The notes beneath the pieces are model-generated. The model was not told where the DNA came from and made no database searches. It was given only the letters and a program-made list of their open reading frames with translations. DNA of 57,749 nucleotides from contig NC_068988.1 in NCBI RefSeq assembly GCF_001194135.2, positions 67,962,200 to 68,019,948 on the forward strand, given 5' to 3'. Below are positions 13,397 to 27,012 of this stretch, piece after piece (positions within the stretch are counted from its first letter, which is position 1; every line of letters starts with the position of its first letter). This DNA is from Octopus bimaculoides. Lineage: Eukaryota. Made by a program: the position numbers and the translations under genes.

Positions 13397-13799
13397 AAGG
13401 TTCTCATACCCCAATACCCACAGTTTATATATACACAGGTAGAGTTATCAGTAGGCTGTTATGTAGATGTGTATATATATGTGTGTGTGCGTGTGTGTGT
13501 AACATTTTAGCATGCTTATATCTGAACTATCAAGTTTCAGTTCCTTACTCACATTGAGAAAAGATGTCCAAGAGCGATGAATAATGCATATATACTTTAT
13601 ATATCTGTATGTCGTCGTGTTAGTTTAGTTAAGTTCATTTACAAGATAAACAACTTAAAACCAAGATCACCTTTGAAGAGTATGGTACCACAATGTACTG
13701 TGGCGAGGCACTACAAATAACGGTAGAAATATGCAAACGCGAGGTTGTCATACTACTAGACGGATGGTGTAACGAGGTGCTTACATTAAAATTGAATGA

Positions 13800-16777
13800 A
13801 TTCTGTTAAGTTGTTTAGGCGACGTCTACAGCGCAGCAGATGGTGTTTCTGTCTCACTGACTTTATCAGAACACTAATGAAATACTTGGTACAACATTTA
13901 GGAAATGTTTGACTTCAGCGGAAACGAACAGCGACAATAGGAGATGATAACGAATAGTCTTCAAATTTGAAATCAACGCAGCTCGGTAAGGCACTTCCCT
14001 TTGTTGAATTAAATTAGCTTTGGCGAAGCAAAGAGAATATTTTGGGAAAGATAACACTGTAAATGAAGGATTGTTAATTGTTGGATTTTATTTTAAAACT
14101 TAATCGGTCGTAAATGGACATTAATTTAGACGTTATTCCAGCAGGATAAATTCCATCAGAGTTCTGGCGATGACGATTATCGATCCGAATTGAAATCAAA
14201 TTTCTATTTCAGACTATTAAGTACCCAACTGAGAACTGCACAATTTCATTGTCATTTGGTGAATTTGTTGCTAAATGCATCGTTGCTATCTCAGCCTATG
14301 GACTGATAAACGTGAACCGTTCACAACACATCAGCAGTGAGGTATTGATTTCCTGATCCTAATAACCATATTCAACCTTTCAAGAGATAATCTACAGAAA
14401 ATTAAATTAGAAACACAAATGATATATTGTCAATGTTTAACTCCCATATTGGCCCTGATTAAGACTTGTGATTGAACCCATTCTAGTCACGACGACGCAT
14501 CTAGGAATACTACATTATCTACTGTGTTTTTCCTTCTTCGTGTTATTTATATCATTCGCGGGACATTTGAGTGGTATTTCTAGCAGGTTCGATGATCACA
14601 AACAGACTCTTTTGTTCGCCAAGTTTCACATTTGCGTTGTAGACAGCGGTAATAATGTTCAGTTTGTCTAACAATTGTTTGGGCAACGATTAACGATAGT
14701 TCAGGCATATTTTGATTCGCTGCTTTCTCCTGCACTCGCGATAAATCCACTTTTGTATTTCCGACTTCCCTATTAAAATACGAAGATGCTTCTACGTGGC
14801 TTAAACTTGAGATAACTTGTGGCATGACTTGACATTTTAAAAGAAATTCTTACATAAGAAATATTTCGTAAGATCTCTTGTCAAACTATGTTTAAGCGAA
14901 AATTAGTTACACTTTTTTCTTACTTGAGTCTTACTATATCCGATCGATATCACAAAGCCCAACTTTGTCAATAAAAACATTGTGGTTGACCATTTTTCCG
15001 TAAGATGCGATGCTGAATTAATGAAGTAAACTGCTACTATATTTTTGTAGGTTTTCCCCCCTGTGTCTGTGAGTTAATTAATATCATGTACCAATATTTT
15101 TTGCATCGAAAATTAAAGCTGGCACGGTTGACAGAACATGTCTATTGACAGTTCCAAAACAAGGCTCTCTAAATTTGATATGTCAAGTGGTAGAGCGGAC
15201 AGTTGTTTCTATGCAATCCAGTGATTAAATAGTTATGGTTTGTATCTAGTACACAGACATCTAATTTTGTTCGCTATTAAACTTGTGTTAGCGTCATAGG
15301 GGAAGAGGTCATGGTTGTGTCCAAAGTTTAGATTGTTACATGTATAATTACAACACGTCAAGCAGCAGAGTGAGTTTGTGTGTGAATACTCGTTGGTGAA
15401 TGTAGTTTGATAAAGTTTATTCAGTCTTGAATGTATACGAGCATACATATAATATTAGATATATAAATGATAATGTTGAATATATAGCTAAATAACTGAC
15501 TCAAAATATGAGAATATCTTGCATCGCATTTGATAAATGCAATTATGTATGTGCATTTGTATACCTGTATATATATATATATATATATATATATGCATGT
15601 ATATATATATATATATATGTATATATATAAAGAGAGAGAGAGACATTTATGTCTACATACAGACAGGCATACACATACACATATGCACACATTAGCTTTA
15701 AATAAGTACCATTCAATTCAGTAAATCGATATATTTGGCTCTGCAAGCAGCTGGATCGAGTTTTTGTAAGATCGATAAACACTTAATAACGACCATCTTG
15801 ATGTTCATTATTGCTCTCTTGTAGTTGTCGCTTAGCAAAAGTCATGTGTACTGTCCCAATTTTGCTTTAAGGCCATATTGATAACCAGACATGGTGGAGA
15901 AGTGCATTCAGTATAAATCGAAACTGCTTCCCAATAACCAAAGTGAATGAAATGCCTTAAAGCGTTACGCTATTTGCTTTTCTAAGCCTTATTCTTTATA
16001 ACAGTGAGAACATAATCGCATGTTTTGGATTGTGATGGATGTGTAGTCCTTGCCAAATATCTTATTTAAATCGGTGAATTTCTGTGTCCATATAGATGAT
16101 CGCCCTCCTTTCCTCTCCCAGTGTTGGGATATCATCTATCTTTTGTGCGAGGAGTGACTGTGAAAGTGGGGTGATAAGGTTCTCATACAGGATGGAAGGA
16201 TTTTTAAAAGGTCCGTGAAGTGATACGTCCACCCCTTTGTAATACCATTTCTACCTTTTTCTGTTCTCTGATCTTTCTTTATCAATCATGGGTGTTACAT
16301 ATAAAGTCTAAGGCTCATAGAGCTGTTTTATCAGATAAAAACTGCGACTAATAGAGCTCCTATCTGAAACTGTTTTTTTTTTCTTTTCACCAGCTCTCCT
16401 ACATCAATCTAAACTTACGCTTCAAGTTAACTTTCTCCAGCAGCAAACACTGTCTTCAGTGCATATTTTGTGCAACGAGGATTTTTGGTCGAAAGAGTTC
16501 AAAAATACTTTATATTCTTTGACCAATACTTCAGTTTCAGTATTTATTGTCTTCGCTTCTCATAACCCAGCGCGGTTCGAAGCAACCTCAAAGACCTTAT
16601 CCTAAAAACCCTCCACGTAATTTCCAATTCCAGATTGTGCATTTTTTCTTTTGCTTTATTTGTAACATCTTTCGCTTTGAGTTTCGATATATAAATTCGT
16701 TTCAGGCAGAGAGTCCCTCCACAAAGCGTCTTATATCTGACAGCAAAAACAAAATTTGCTGTAACCATAATGAATTC

Positions 16778-16864
<87 letters not shown>

Positions 16865-17040
16865 GGGAGGGATAGACAGGAGATTGGTCCACGCATATTG
16901 TCTCACTACCAAATTTTTTCTCGAAAAATATTCTTCAATCCATGGCCAGAGCGGAAGAATTAGTCCAAGCTGACGCACAATGGAGCGATACTCCAAGTCC
17001 GAAAATCCTGTCTGCTGCTAATTCAGTTTCACGGTTAACG
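13800..17040 (-). mobile_element. Probable heavily degenerate L1/Tx1-like LINE, interrupted by microsatellites
   Basis: Weak motif echoes in the expected order on the minus strand: linker near 16.6 kb, PLSTTQM*NLANK (RPITLL-like), CSIPR, LNQGQYGS*TL (KAFD-like), CVVNG. Many stops. Confidence 0.35.
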
Positions 17041-17348
17041 AGCGGCCAGAATTATATAACAGACGATAAAGCATTGTTATTTTAAATACGAAAGCACATT
17101 AAACTCAGCTCTGAACTTCTTGTTATCGTTTCACTGAAGCTTAGACCCGGATAAGCAGATATGTGATGAGAAAAGTTCCAGTGGCAATCATCTTTGTTTG
17201 TTATCAATGAATATTTTTCTTAAATTATCCACAACCTACATGCTTGAGATTAGCGTTAAACCTGTTATACATGTGTAAGCATGAATGAGTAAGTATGAAA
17301 AGATATAAAACAACCACTACCTATATGTGTATGCGTGTGTTTTGTGTT

Positions 17349-17396
<48 letters not shown>

Positions 17397-17581
17397 TATA
17401 TTTACATATGAAGTAAGAGCAGTCCTAGTATAATAGATATTATTAAATACATATACTGGTGTATAGGCTTTGTATATTTTCCGGTGTCTGCCATGGCGTA
17501 GTGGCTCATGTTGCCGGTGTTAAAACAGCTTAGTGCCATGGTGTCTTATATGTAAGTGTGTGTGTGTGTGTATTTATACTC

Positions 17582-17625
<44 letters not shown>

Positions 17626-17750
17626 TGAATCGACCCCAATATTGTTTATATAAGTCTGGTATCTATTCTATCGGTTTTCTCTTGTCAAACCGCTAAGTTA
17701 CTGGTTTGTAAACATGCCAACACACACAAGCACACACACACACACATAAG

Positions 17751-17781
<31 letters not shown>

Positions 17782-18547
17782 NNNNNNNNNNNNNNNNNNN
17801 NNNNNNNNNNNNNNNNNNNNNNNNNNNNNNNNNNNNNNNNNNNNNNNNNNNNNNNNNNNNNNNNNNNNNNNNNNNNNNNNNNNNNNNNNNNNNNNNNNNN
17901 NNNNNNNNNNNNNNNNNNNNNNNNNNNNNNNNNNNNNNNNNNNNNNNNNNNNNNNNNNNNNNNNNNNNNNNNNNNNNNNNNNNNNNNNNNNNNNNNNNNN
18001 NNNNNNNNNNNNNNNNNNNNNNNNNNNNNNNNNNNNNNNNNNNNNNNNNNNNNNNNNNNNNNNNNNNNNNNNNNNNNNNNNNNNNNNNNNNNNNNNNNNN
18101 NNNNNNNNNNNNNNNNNNNNNNNNNNNNNNNNNNNNNNNNNNNNNNNNNNNNNNNNNNNNNNNNNNNNNNNNNNNNNNNNNNNNNNNNNNNNNNNNNNNN
18201 NNNNNNNNNNNNNNNNNNNNNNNNNNNNNNNNNNNNNNNNNNNNNNNNNNNNNNNNNNNNNNNNNNNNNNNNNNNNNNNNNNNTATATATATATATATAT
18301 ATGTATATATAGAGAGAGAGGGGAGAGGGAATCGTAGGTTCACTGATGCAAACATTCCTATAACTTATATAGAATTACATTCATGCGTAAACACATCACT
18401 CTCACACACTTGTATATATGTTTCCATTTGTTTGTATGTATATGTACATATTTATATATTGATAACCACTTATGAACACACACAAACATACACACACACA
18501 CACTGACACACATATATATAAGCACATTTATGGCCTTATGGATATGT

Positions 18548-18583
<36 letters not shown>

Positions 18584-18660
18584 CAGTGCGTACGTGCTTG
18601 TGTTTATGCACTTGTTTTCAATCTGAAGTTACAGGTGTAAGAATTTTATATGAGGTGTGA

Positions 18661-18710
18661 ACATAAATTATGACAGACTTGGCGTACATAAATTATGACA
18701 GACTTGGCGT
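18661..18710. repeat. Perfect 25-bp tandem duplication ACATAAATTATGACAGACTTGGCGT x2
   Basis: Direct read at 18661-18685 and 18686-18710. Confidence 0.95.
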
Positions 18711-19037
18711 ACGTGTACATCCACAATATAAAACCCGATAGCACTTCAGTATCGACCGTACACACCTTTACCTTATTGATTAATCTAAAGAATATGAGCT
18801 TCTCAGATTTCGACCACCTTTCGCAATGTTACATACAAGTGAAGGTCTAAAATTAACACCGCAGTGATATGGAGATTGAGGAATCGATGAAGGAATAAAT
18901 CGATGACTAAAAGAAACATCGAGTAAGCAATAAACTTTTGCAGATCAGCCCCTTTCTTTTTCTCTCCTCCTCTCTCTCACACACACACACACACTTTCTC
19001 CCTATTTACATATATATACATATTTATATATACATAC

Positions 19038-19141
<104 letters not shown>

Positions 19142-20702
19142 ACATACATATTTATGTGTGTATATAAATATTTCCATATATATATATATATATATACTTA
19201 TATACATGCATGTATGTATGTATGTATGTATGTATGTATGTATGTGTATATATTTGTTGATTTTAAATAATATCAATCATTGGATTGCAGCCATGCTAAT
19301 AATTCACTTTAAGAGGCTTTTAGTCGATGGCATCAGTGCCAGGACATATTGCTGTCTGGTAGTTATGTGATCGATTCTTATTCATCGGGTGCTTAGGTAC
19401 CCTTTTGACGTAAAGGGACAAGACTCAGCGCACCATTTTATATCATGCGTACACACAACCATGAAATCATGCAGGCGTACTCTCGCACACCTGTCATATA
19501 TATGTATGCACACACTCGCTCCCGCCCATGCATACATACAAACACACACACACACACATGCATACACATACACACACGCATATATATATATGTATATATA
19601 TATATANNNNNNNNNNNNNNNNNNNNNNNNNNNNNNNNNNNNNNNNNNNNNNNNNNNNNNNNNNNNNNNNNNNNNNNNNNNNNNNNNNNNNNNNNNNNNN
19701 NNNNNNNNNNNNNNNNNNNNNNNNNNNNNNNNNNNNNNNNNNNNNNNNNNNNNNNNNNNNNNNNNNNNNNNNNNNNNNNNNNNNNNNNNNNNNNNNNNNN
19801 NNNNNNNNNNNNNNNNNNNNNNNNNNNNNNNNNNNNNNNNNNNNNNNNNNNNNNNNNNNNNNNNNNNNNNNNNNNNNNNNNNNNNNNNNNNNNNNNNNNN
19901 NNNNNNNNNNNNNNNNNNNNNNNNNNNNNNNNNNNNNNNNNNNNNNNNNNNNNNNNNNNNNNNNNNNNNNNNNNNNNNNNNNNNNNNNNNNNNNNNNNNN
20001 NNNNNNNNNNNNNNNNNNNNNNNNNNNNNNNNNNNNNNNNNNNATATATATATATATATATATATACACACAAAGTATGGGGGCTTAGTTCACGGATGAT
20101 CTAAACGATTAGGTACGTTAGGTAAGTGCCCCAAGGTTATAGCCGAGACGGTAGTTATGGAGCCATTGCAGATTTCCGATGCTGCGGATATATAATCGTT
20201 AAAGAGGACAACAAACAGTAAGGCAAGGCAAACGTCTCAAATCGTATACATGATTATTATTGGGAAAAAATGTTTCCAATAATAACAAACACATACAAAC
20301 ACACACGCACATATATGTAGACGGCGAGAAAGAGAAAGAAAGAAAGTAAGAAAGAAGGAAAGAAAGAAAGTAAGAAAGAAGGAAAGAAAGAAAGAGAAAA
20401 GGAAATAGAGAGAGAAAGAAAGAAAGAGAGAGAGCGCGCATCCTACAAATCTTAGCATTGAAAAATACGATGCTTCCTCTCTTGCCTCTCAAACTGCACC
20501 CCAACGACTTATGGAAATAAAGGATACATTATATTATGTTCTTTTAGACATAGTATATCTGAAAGAGCGTTTGGCCACGGCTGAGATACTTTTCATTATA
20601 TGTCTAGTAAATGAGTGGGGGGGGGCAGATATTAAATGATAACAACAACAGCAAAATCGAGAGAGAAGCCTCTCTGCGGTCGTTCGTTATTCTAGCAATG
20701 GC

Positions 20703-20877
20703 AAGGCGGCGGCGAGCGAGCTGGCAGAGTGGTTAGCGCGCCGGGCAAAATGCTTAGCAGTATTTCGTCTGCCGTTACGTTCTGAGGTCAAATTCCACCG
20801 AGGTCGACTTTGCCTTTCATCCTTTCGGGGTTGATCAATTAAGCACCACTTGCATACTGGGGTCGATCTTGTACTTT
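20703..20877 (+). mobile_element. SINE family A
   Basis: GAGCTGGCAGAGTGGTTAGCGCGCCGGGC...GAGGTCGACTTTGCCTTTCATCCTTTCGGGG. Confidence 0.9.
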
Positions 20878-21158
20878 ATCAGGTCATTTTTGTTTGTCGA
20901 CAGCTGGCGGGTTCCACTTCCAGTCACCGACGCAAAACTTCTTTTTTTGTTTACTTTCTTCTGTTTGAAGGCTTTTCATGTCAATATTCCTCCTTGCAAC
21001 CAGTACACATTGATGGTTGGGGAAATTCACTTTCAGAAGAATCCGGAATATCGCCAAATATTAAACTTTCAATCTTTTTTGCCTCCCTGTCGGTTGACGA
21101 CTCTTCGCCAGACGAAGTTACACTTTTCGGCATCTTGCCAGCAATTAATGTTTCCCCC

Positions 21159-21322
21159 ACCTGGGTTCTCATTCCTAAGGTATTTTTCGATGTTGTTGTT
21201 ATTATTATTTTTATTATTATTATAATTGTTATTATTATCATTATTATTATTCAGGTCACTGCCTGGAATCGAACTCGGAATCTTGGGGTTAGTAGCCCGC
21301 GCTTTAAACCACTACGCCATAT
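21159..21322 (-). mobile_element. tRNA-head/(AAT)n element, uninterrupted but 3'-truncated copy
   Basis: Minus strand: ATATGGCGTAGTGGTTTAAAGCGCGGGCTACTAACCCCAAGATTCCGAGTTCGATTCCAGGCAGTGACCTG, then (AAT)n, then AACATCGAAAAATACCTTAGGAATGAGAACCCAGGT. Near-identical blocks occur at 47002-47040 and 47581-47717. Confidence 0.9.
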
Positions 21323-21413
21323 ATAATATAAATAATGTAACTTCACAATGATAAGACGCTGACGTTTTAAAATTGGTATTCAAGTGCTTTTTAAGGGATA
21401 TATACAATTGAAG

Positions 21414-22146
21414 ATGGCGAAAACAAGATCCAGTAAAGAAATATTTCTCATTAGTAAAACACATTCGGACATTAAAGACAGTCAATTGCCTACAAACGAA
21501 GAAATTCTGCAATATCTCTATCACATTAAGACAAACAATCTTAAAATGCAAGAAAAGCACATTGTTTGTTGGGTTGTGATACATGATCAGCAACCGAAAT
21601 GTCATAGTGACTGTTGTTGTTTGCTGAATAAAATTGTTTCAATACATAACAGGTTGGGAAAACCAACTATCAGAATAGATCATGTGAAGGAGAACGTTCT
21701 AGATTTGCTACAGACGCACAAAAGGCTGGTGTCTCTGGAAAGTAGAAAAAGCTTAAAAGAGCAGAAGAACCGAGTGAATTTCACCGAAAAGCTGTTACCT
21801 GATCTTTTTGACATAATGCCTGAAGATGCAGAGGACGTCATCAAAAAAGACAAGGGAAGAGCTAAGAAAGACAAGCATGAAGATGTCATGTTCACACGAG
21901 ATCAAAGGGAGTCCCAGAAAATGTATGACTGGCGGAAAAGATTCAAGATACACCAAAGCTGTTGAGAGACAGGAAAAGCAAAAGGAAAGATTATTTAATT
22001 TCGAGAATCAGCCAAGGACTAGGAACCCTCCACATGAACAAAAGGGAGCAAAGAGCCTGAACTGCAGCCTCCTGGGTGGTTTGCAATGGCAGTTAAATGT
22101 ATTTCAAATATTTCAGTCGGGTTTCCCATGCTCAAGTGCTAAGTGA
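21414..22146 (+). mobile_element. hAT-superfamily (hATm-like) transposase relic, frameshifted and internally deleted
   Basis: QLPTNEEILQY...KPTI...LFDIMP...DVMF..DQR, then a frameshift to MTGGKDSRYTKAVERQEKQK, fits the hATm-type N-terminus from memory. No catalytic core; TIRs not identified. Confidence 0.65.
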
Positions 22147-22612
22147 AGAATTAACATCTAATCATAATATTTTCTGTTAAAAATCAGCTGAATAGGTATG
22201 TATTGGGAGATTCTTTTTATAGTATAACTCATATCTTGTACTTTAAAAATAAATTCAATTATGTATCTTGGAAGGTTGTTGATTTATGATTAAAAAATGT
22301 TTGCCAACCGTGTTACATTGTACTTGTCATTAAATCATTAAAAATAAATTATGCACCTTCACCATAATTTTCTAGCATAATTTAGATCCACATGAGACTT
22401 ATGAAACAAATATTAATCAGATACCTTTCGATTTGACACTAAATAAAAATGGTCAATTTTGATAAAAAAAAAGACCACATTTTTTTTTTCAACTTGAGGA
22501 GGCTTGTGTAGTCACAAAAATGTCACTTTGTATACCTCATTTTTTCACCCAAATTCTGTGAGTGAGGGTATCAATTCCTCAAAACTTTAGTCTTTGCACC
22601 AAATCTTGACAC

Positions 22613-22663
<51 letters not shown>

Positions 22664-22675
22664 CATTATTATTAT

Positions 22676-22896
22676 TAAGGCGGTGAGCTTGCAGAATCGT
22701 TAGCACGCCGGGCGAAATGCTTAGCGGCATTTCGTCCGCCTTGACTTTCTAAATGCAAATTCTGCCGAGGTCAACTTTGCTTTCATCCTTTCGGGGTCGA
22801 TAAATTAAGTGCCAGTGAAACATCGGGTTCGATGTAATCGACTATCCCCTCCCCCAAATTTCAGGCCTTGTACCTAGAGTAGAAAGGATTATTATT
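22676..22896 (+). mobile_element. SINE family A, near full length, preceded by (ATT)n
   Basis: TAAGGCGGTGAGCTTGCAGAATCGTTAGC...CAGGCCTTGTACCTAGAGTAGAAAGGATTATT. Confidence 0.9.
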
Positions 22897-23055
22897 TGAA
22901 TTAGTCATTGGAAACTTTCCAGGGAAGTTTTTCTTTGATCAATCAATTTAGAGTATTTATTCGAATGATTCTGCCCCTCCACCACACAGATGTTATAAAA
23001 AAAGAAACTACACAATCAAGTTATTTAGGTGGGAGAGTCTCATCTTTAATTTCCA

Positions 23056-23362
23056 GGTGAGGGCGCGTGGCTTAATGTTCATGATCGTGAGTTCGATTCC
23101 CAGCAGCACGTTGTGTCCTTGAGCAAAACACTTCATTCCACGTTGCTCCAGTCCATTCAGCTTGCAATAAGGAGTTGTACCTGTAATATAAAAGGGGCTA
23201 GCCTTGTTACATTCTTTGTCCCGCTGAATCTCCCTGAGAATCATGTGAAGTGTACACATGTCTGTGGAATGCTCAGCCACTTGCACGTTACTTTCACGAG
23301 AAAGCTGTTCTGTTGACCAGATCAGCTGGAACACTCGTCGTCGTAACCGACGGAGACCAGTT
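23056..23362 (+). mobile_element. tRNA-headed CORE-like SINE, family D
   Basis: GTGGCTTAATG (A-box-like), GAGTTCGATTCC (B box), CORE-like block; the tail is shared with 57345-57500. Confidence 0.85.
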
Positions 23363-23738
23363 ATAATTTCCAACCTCTACATGTATCGGTCTGTATAGTC
23401 CAATATATAGTGTGTCGCAAAATTATGTGTTCTTGTTATTTGAGACTTTAAGCTGTGAATTGCAAGGAGATTTGGTTGCTATTTCTATCAGGTTGATCGG
23501 CAGCGTGTTGCCTCCCCAGTGACATTGTCTTAATGTGTAATTGTTTATTTCTGGTATGTTATTGAAAGTTTTAAATCTGAGGAGAATAATCACTGAAATA
23601 TACAAATATGCAAAACCCAGTGGTTCCTCCCCTCAGAGTATAGATTCATGGGTTCAAGTATGCATAGGGACATGTATGTGCTGTTTTAGTATTTATGTGT
23701 ATGTTTCATGTGTGTAAATATATATATATGCATATCTG

Positions 23739-23771
<33 letters not shown>

Positions 23772-23827
23772 CAGACATTCAAGCGTCAGGCATACGAAAC
23801 ACAGACATACATATGGGGGAGGTAGTG

Positions 23828-23883
<56 letters not shown>

Positions 23884-25550
23884 GGCTTTGTGCTTTACTC
23901 TTTGCCACTTCTCTTTTTCAATCTTCCGCAAAATTAACAGCTTTATTAAGTAATGACATTGAGAACTTTCCTTAATGAGGCCATGGGTTCAAAAAACATA
24001 GTCACTTGACATCAATAAATCGGAACAACCTTTCTTGCCATTAGCAATATACTTTTATATTCTTCAAAGTTGTTATAATTCCTGAGACAATTTCTGATGA
24101 TCATTCACTGTGAAACGACGTACTTGACATTGTGAAAACTGCATTATAGAGCCTTGGGTTTATCTTATTATCAGTAGATAGAGTACAATGTATCATCAAG
24201 GATTTATCTTAAGTTCAATAACGGAGATAAAATAACATATCACTAACGGAGAATACACATTGCGCAAGTATAACAAGCGCTTGAGTACCGTTGAAACAAT
24301 GCAGATGCTATGCGTGAGCTGTCTTAAATTTAAAACCAAAGGTTAATGATGCTAACTCGCTCAAAGCACTATCCCGCAGGAAACAGTGTTCTTATTTTGC
24401 GTCTTCTATTGTAACTAGAATAAATTCCGCCGTTCGATAAAAGACAGCTGCATATCTTTTTCAGTTATGTCTAATCGACTTCACTTATCTCTCCTCTCGA
24501 GCTGACACATTTGTTTGCACTCAGGCGATTTGGCGCAGCTGACTTTTAGTGCCGGAAGCAAAAAACACAAGCATGCGCGCGCACCAACATGGAAGTATGC
24601 ACTTTCAGAAAAAAAAAGAGTGCGAGAAAGAGGCAGAAAGGGAGAAAGAAAGAGAAGGAAAGAGACAAAGAGAGAGAGAAAGAGATGATGATAGATGTTA
24701 CAATTTATTAAATGAACACGGTTGACTTACATACTTTCCTTCTCTTCAGACATACAAATAGAAATATGTTCACACACATAAACAGAAAGGGTGAGGAGAA
24801 GATATTAAAACGCCTGATGTCAAATAAGTCGGTGTCGAATCACTGACGCCAAATAATCGGCTACGCCAAAACGCCTATGCCAAAACGTCTCTTACCCTTC
24901 CCTTCTCGTAACCACCATTGTGCCTCACATCTTATATTGACACTAAACACACTCAGATATCCTTTAACTTCCTCTGCCAATGATTGAAACTCTACAAAAT
25001 TATCTTCCGACTCACGATTTTTGCAAACTATTGATTTACAGGTGTTCAAGCTAATTATCAATTTGATTAATCTCACCAACCTGAAAGCAGGTGGGGAAGG
25101 AGTCTTCGAAAGCCATGACTAATGTATTTTTCTTCCTGGCTAACTTATAAAAAAAGAAGGTTTCTTTCTCGTTTGATTTGTCTCAGGTATTTCGTCCGAA
25201 GAGTATGTATTGCTTGTGATTGACGTGTGTATACAGGTTGTGTAACGAGTGTTTATGATGTAAATATTAGTGTTACATGTGTATGTATTGTGTGCTTAAT
25301 GATAATATGTGGCGCGTATACTGTGGGTCAATGTGAGTACGTGTGCTTACATGTACGTATGTGTATGTGTGCGTGTGTATGTGTGCGTGTGTATGTTTGT
25401 TTGTGTGTAAGTGTGCAGTTGTTGAGGATTTATATTTGGTAGTTGTGTCGACAATTTATTGTGGAACCGCTTCTTCTTTCGACGGTAATTTGGTAATGTG
25501 GAACGTCTACGTTTTGTGTGCGAGTGTCTACACGCGCGCGCGCGCATGCT

Positions 25551-25923
25551 TTAGTCATGATACTGCGGCCATGCTGGGACATCGTCTTGCAGAATTTTAG
25601 TCGAACGAATCGACTCCAGTAATTAGTTTTTAAGCCTAGTACTTATCCAGTCTACATCTTTTGCCGAACTGCTAAGTTAAGGGGACGTATACAAACCAAC
25701 ACCGATTATCAAGCGGTGGTAGGTGATAAACGCAGACACAAAAACACATACCCTCAGAAACAGATTATATTTATATGACGAGCTTCTTTCAGTTTTCGTC
25801 AACGAAATTCACTCACAACTTTGGTCGGTTATAGTAGAAGACAATAGACCCAGGTGTCACGCAGTGGGGCTGAACCCGTGACCAAATGGCTGGAAAACAA
25901 ACTTCTTTTCACACAGCCACGTC
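25551..25923 (-). mobile_element. SINE family B, near full length
   Basis: Minus-strand head GTGGCTGTGTG...CGGGTTCAGCCCCACTGCGTGACACC, body shared with 3591-3827. Further fragments at about 8845-8930 and 17625-17720. Confidence 0.85.
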
Positions 25924-26571
25924 TTCTCACCAAAAACTAATACAAGTGTTTTTTTTTTTTTTCAGAATAAACTTTACACCTTGTCATTATCAATTCCGCA
26001 CATCTCCATCCCAACATTATATGCTGTGTTAAATATGGTGCCTATAGACATCTCAGTCCTTCACATGAATAAATAATCAAACTGATACACAATCGGAACA
26101 TTCTTTCCGACAGAATTTCAAAGTCATTTACAGATGTGATCTCTATTTAATGAAGAAATTATTTATTTATTTATTTATTCATATATCTATGTATGTGTTT
26201 ATTTATGAATGTATTTAATTATTTGTTTAGTTCGGTTAGGATCACAAAGAGAGAATTGCGCTGTATGTTGACAGTCATCGTAAATGTTAGAAACTCGCCC
26301 AAAGAAATCTTTGATCGTTTCAAACTTTGTCTGCAGATAAAGTTGAATTTTGTGTTCAGTGAATTCAGATTCAACAACAAGGTGTCGAAACAGAACCGAC
26401 CTTTAATAATTTCCTGGTAGAAGAGTATAAGTTTGGCTCTAAGAACAATGGAATTGAGGAAAAGCACACCCAAAAAAAAAGAAAGAGCTTAGCAATGGGG
26501 AGGGAGGAGGCGACCGTTATCTACTGGATAAATTTATTAAGTCGACAGAGTTAAGTACTTCGTCAATAACA

Positions 26572-26772
26572 TCACAATCATCATCACCATGATTTAGCTT
26601 CCGTTTTCCATACTGGCATGGGTTGAATGGTTTGACAGGAGCTGGCATGGACAGGAGCCGCGCCCGGTGGTTCCATTGTCTGTTTTGGGTTTGGTTTCTA
26701 CGGTCGGATGCCTTTCCTAATGCCAACCACTTTACAGAGTGTACTGGCTGCTTCTTACGTGGCACCAGCACC
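26572..26772 (-). mobile_element. SINE-like repeat family E
   Basis: CATGGGTTG and GGATGCCTTTCCTAATGCCAACCAC are the reverse complement of blocks in 6745-6960. Confidence 0.8.
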
Positions 26773-27012
26773 AGTGTGTCTTACGTCACAACCTAGGTAT
26801 AGAGTAAATAACGGACTCAAATTCTGGCACAGGGCCAGCAGTATTTGAGGGAGGGTTACTTCTATCCTCTCCTTTTTAGATATAACGTCTCTACAACAAT
26901 ATTCTCCAATGTGTCTTTAAGACTGCGGGGTGTGTCTTGAGGAAGGTTAATCCGCTATTTCTTGCAGGAACGGTAACCATGAAGAGGCTCACTCGTTCGC
27001 TCAGTCATTTTC

